Source of the DNA: Octopus sinensis | Taxonomy: Eukaryota | Assembly: GCF_006345805.1 (NCBI RefSeq) | Contig: NW_021828058.1 | Location: 1-35,432, forward strand | Direction: 5' to 3' | Length of the DNA: 35,432 nt | Shown: positions 34,968 through 35,432 of the stretch, piece after piece | Layout of the letters: each line of letters opens with the position of its first letter | How positions within the stretch are numbered: the stretch's first letter is position 1 | Translations under genes and position numbers: made by a program | The notes under the pieces: model-generated | What the model was told of the DNA's origin: nothing | The model's database searches: none | Seen by the model: the letters and a program-made list of their open reading frames with translations, nothing else

Positions 34968-35432
34968 TTTTTTCCACCTCAACGTTGCAGATGATGGCAG
35001 GAAGCTCTTTAAAAATTGTTTTAATGTGTTGATCTTTTTTTCAAATCCCCAATCCCAATCGGTACCGATTTTGGCCAATGCTTTTGAACGACGCATTTAA
35101 AAAAGTTTTAAATGAAAAATTTGGGAATTCAGCGACCACCATTATAAACCACTCTTTCTTTCTTTTCAAACGAAAAGTGAAACGTTATTTGAGAACAATG
35201 GCGACATTTTAAATAGTTTGTTCGGTAACCTTTCATATTCTCATAACGATGTTATTTTTCCTGCAGCTTTTACATTATTTGTCCGACTTTGATGAAAATC
35301 GATGAGTGATCGAGGCTGACGGGCAGAAGTTGATCTCAGTATATGACGTTGGAAAAAATCGCTAATTGCGCCTGAACAGTGGTTTTCTAAAATCAATAGG
35401 TGTTTAGCGTCCAAATACCCGTAGGGGCTGTA

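Noticed and set aside
35240-35330. Strong acceptor-like tttttcctgcag on the plus strand
   Set aside because: All three frames hit a stop within about 45 nt and no donor is nearby.

Overview
AT-rich, microsatellite-dense eukaryotic DNA. The SINE families suggest an octopod cephalopod (Octopus-like); this is recognition from memory, not a database result. The window is almost entirely repeat-derived and probably mostly intronic. The only convincing host-gene piece is a 72-nt phase-2/2 leucine-rich-repeat exon (+, 24307-24378), probably followed by a Cys-rich cap exon (24808-24937). Transposon fossils, from left to right: a Tx1/L1-clade LINE inside a (TATC)n tract, two CR1-type LINE pieces, three Tc1/mariner remnants, two Penelope-like elements (PLEs, GIY-YIG), a decayed full-length Gypsy element nested in a Helitron, a TSD-flanked RTE LINE and several SINEs. 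The most striking signal is a set of minimal type-I hammerhead ribozymes: two with intact cores on the minus strand (14521-14612, 14889-14987), one near-canonical on the plus strand (23142-23186) and several decayed copies, some lying in non-coding fold-back elements. No prokaryotic features, CRISPR arrays, rRNA genes or intact tRNA genes are seen.
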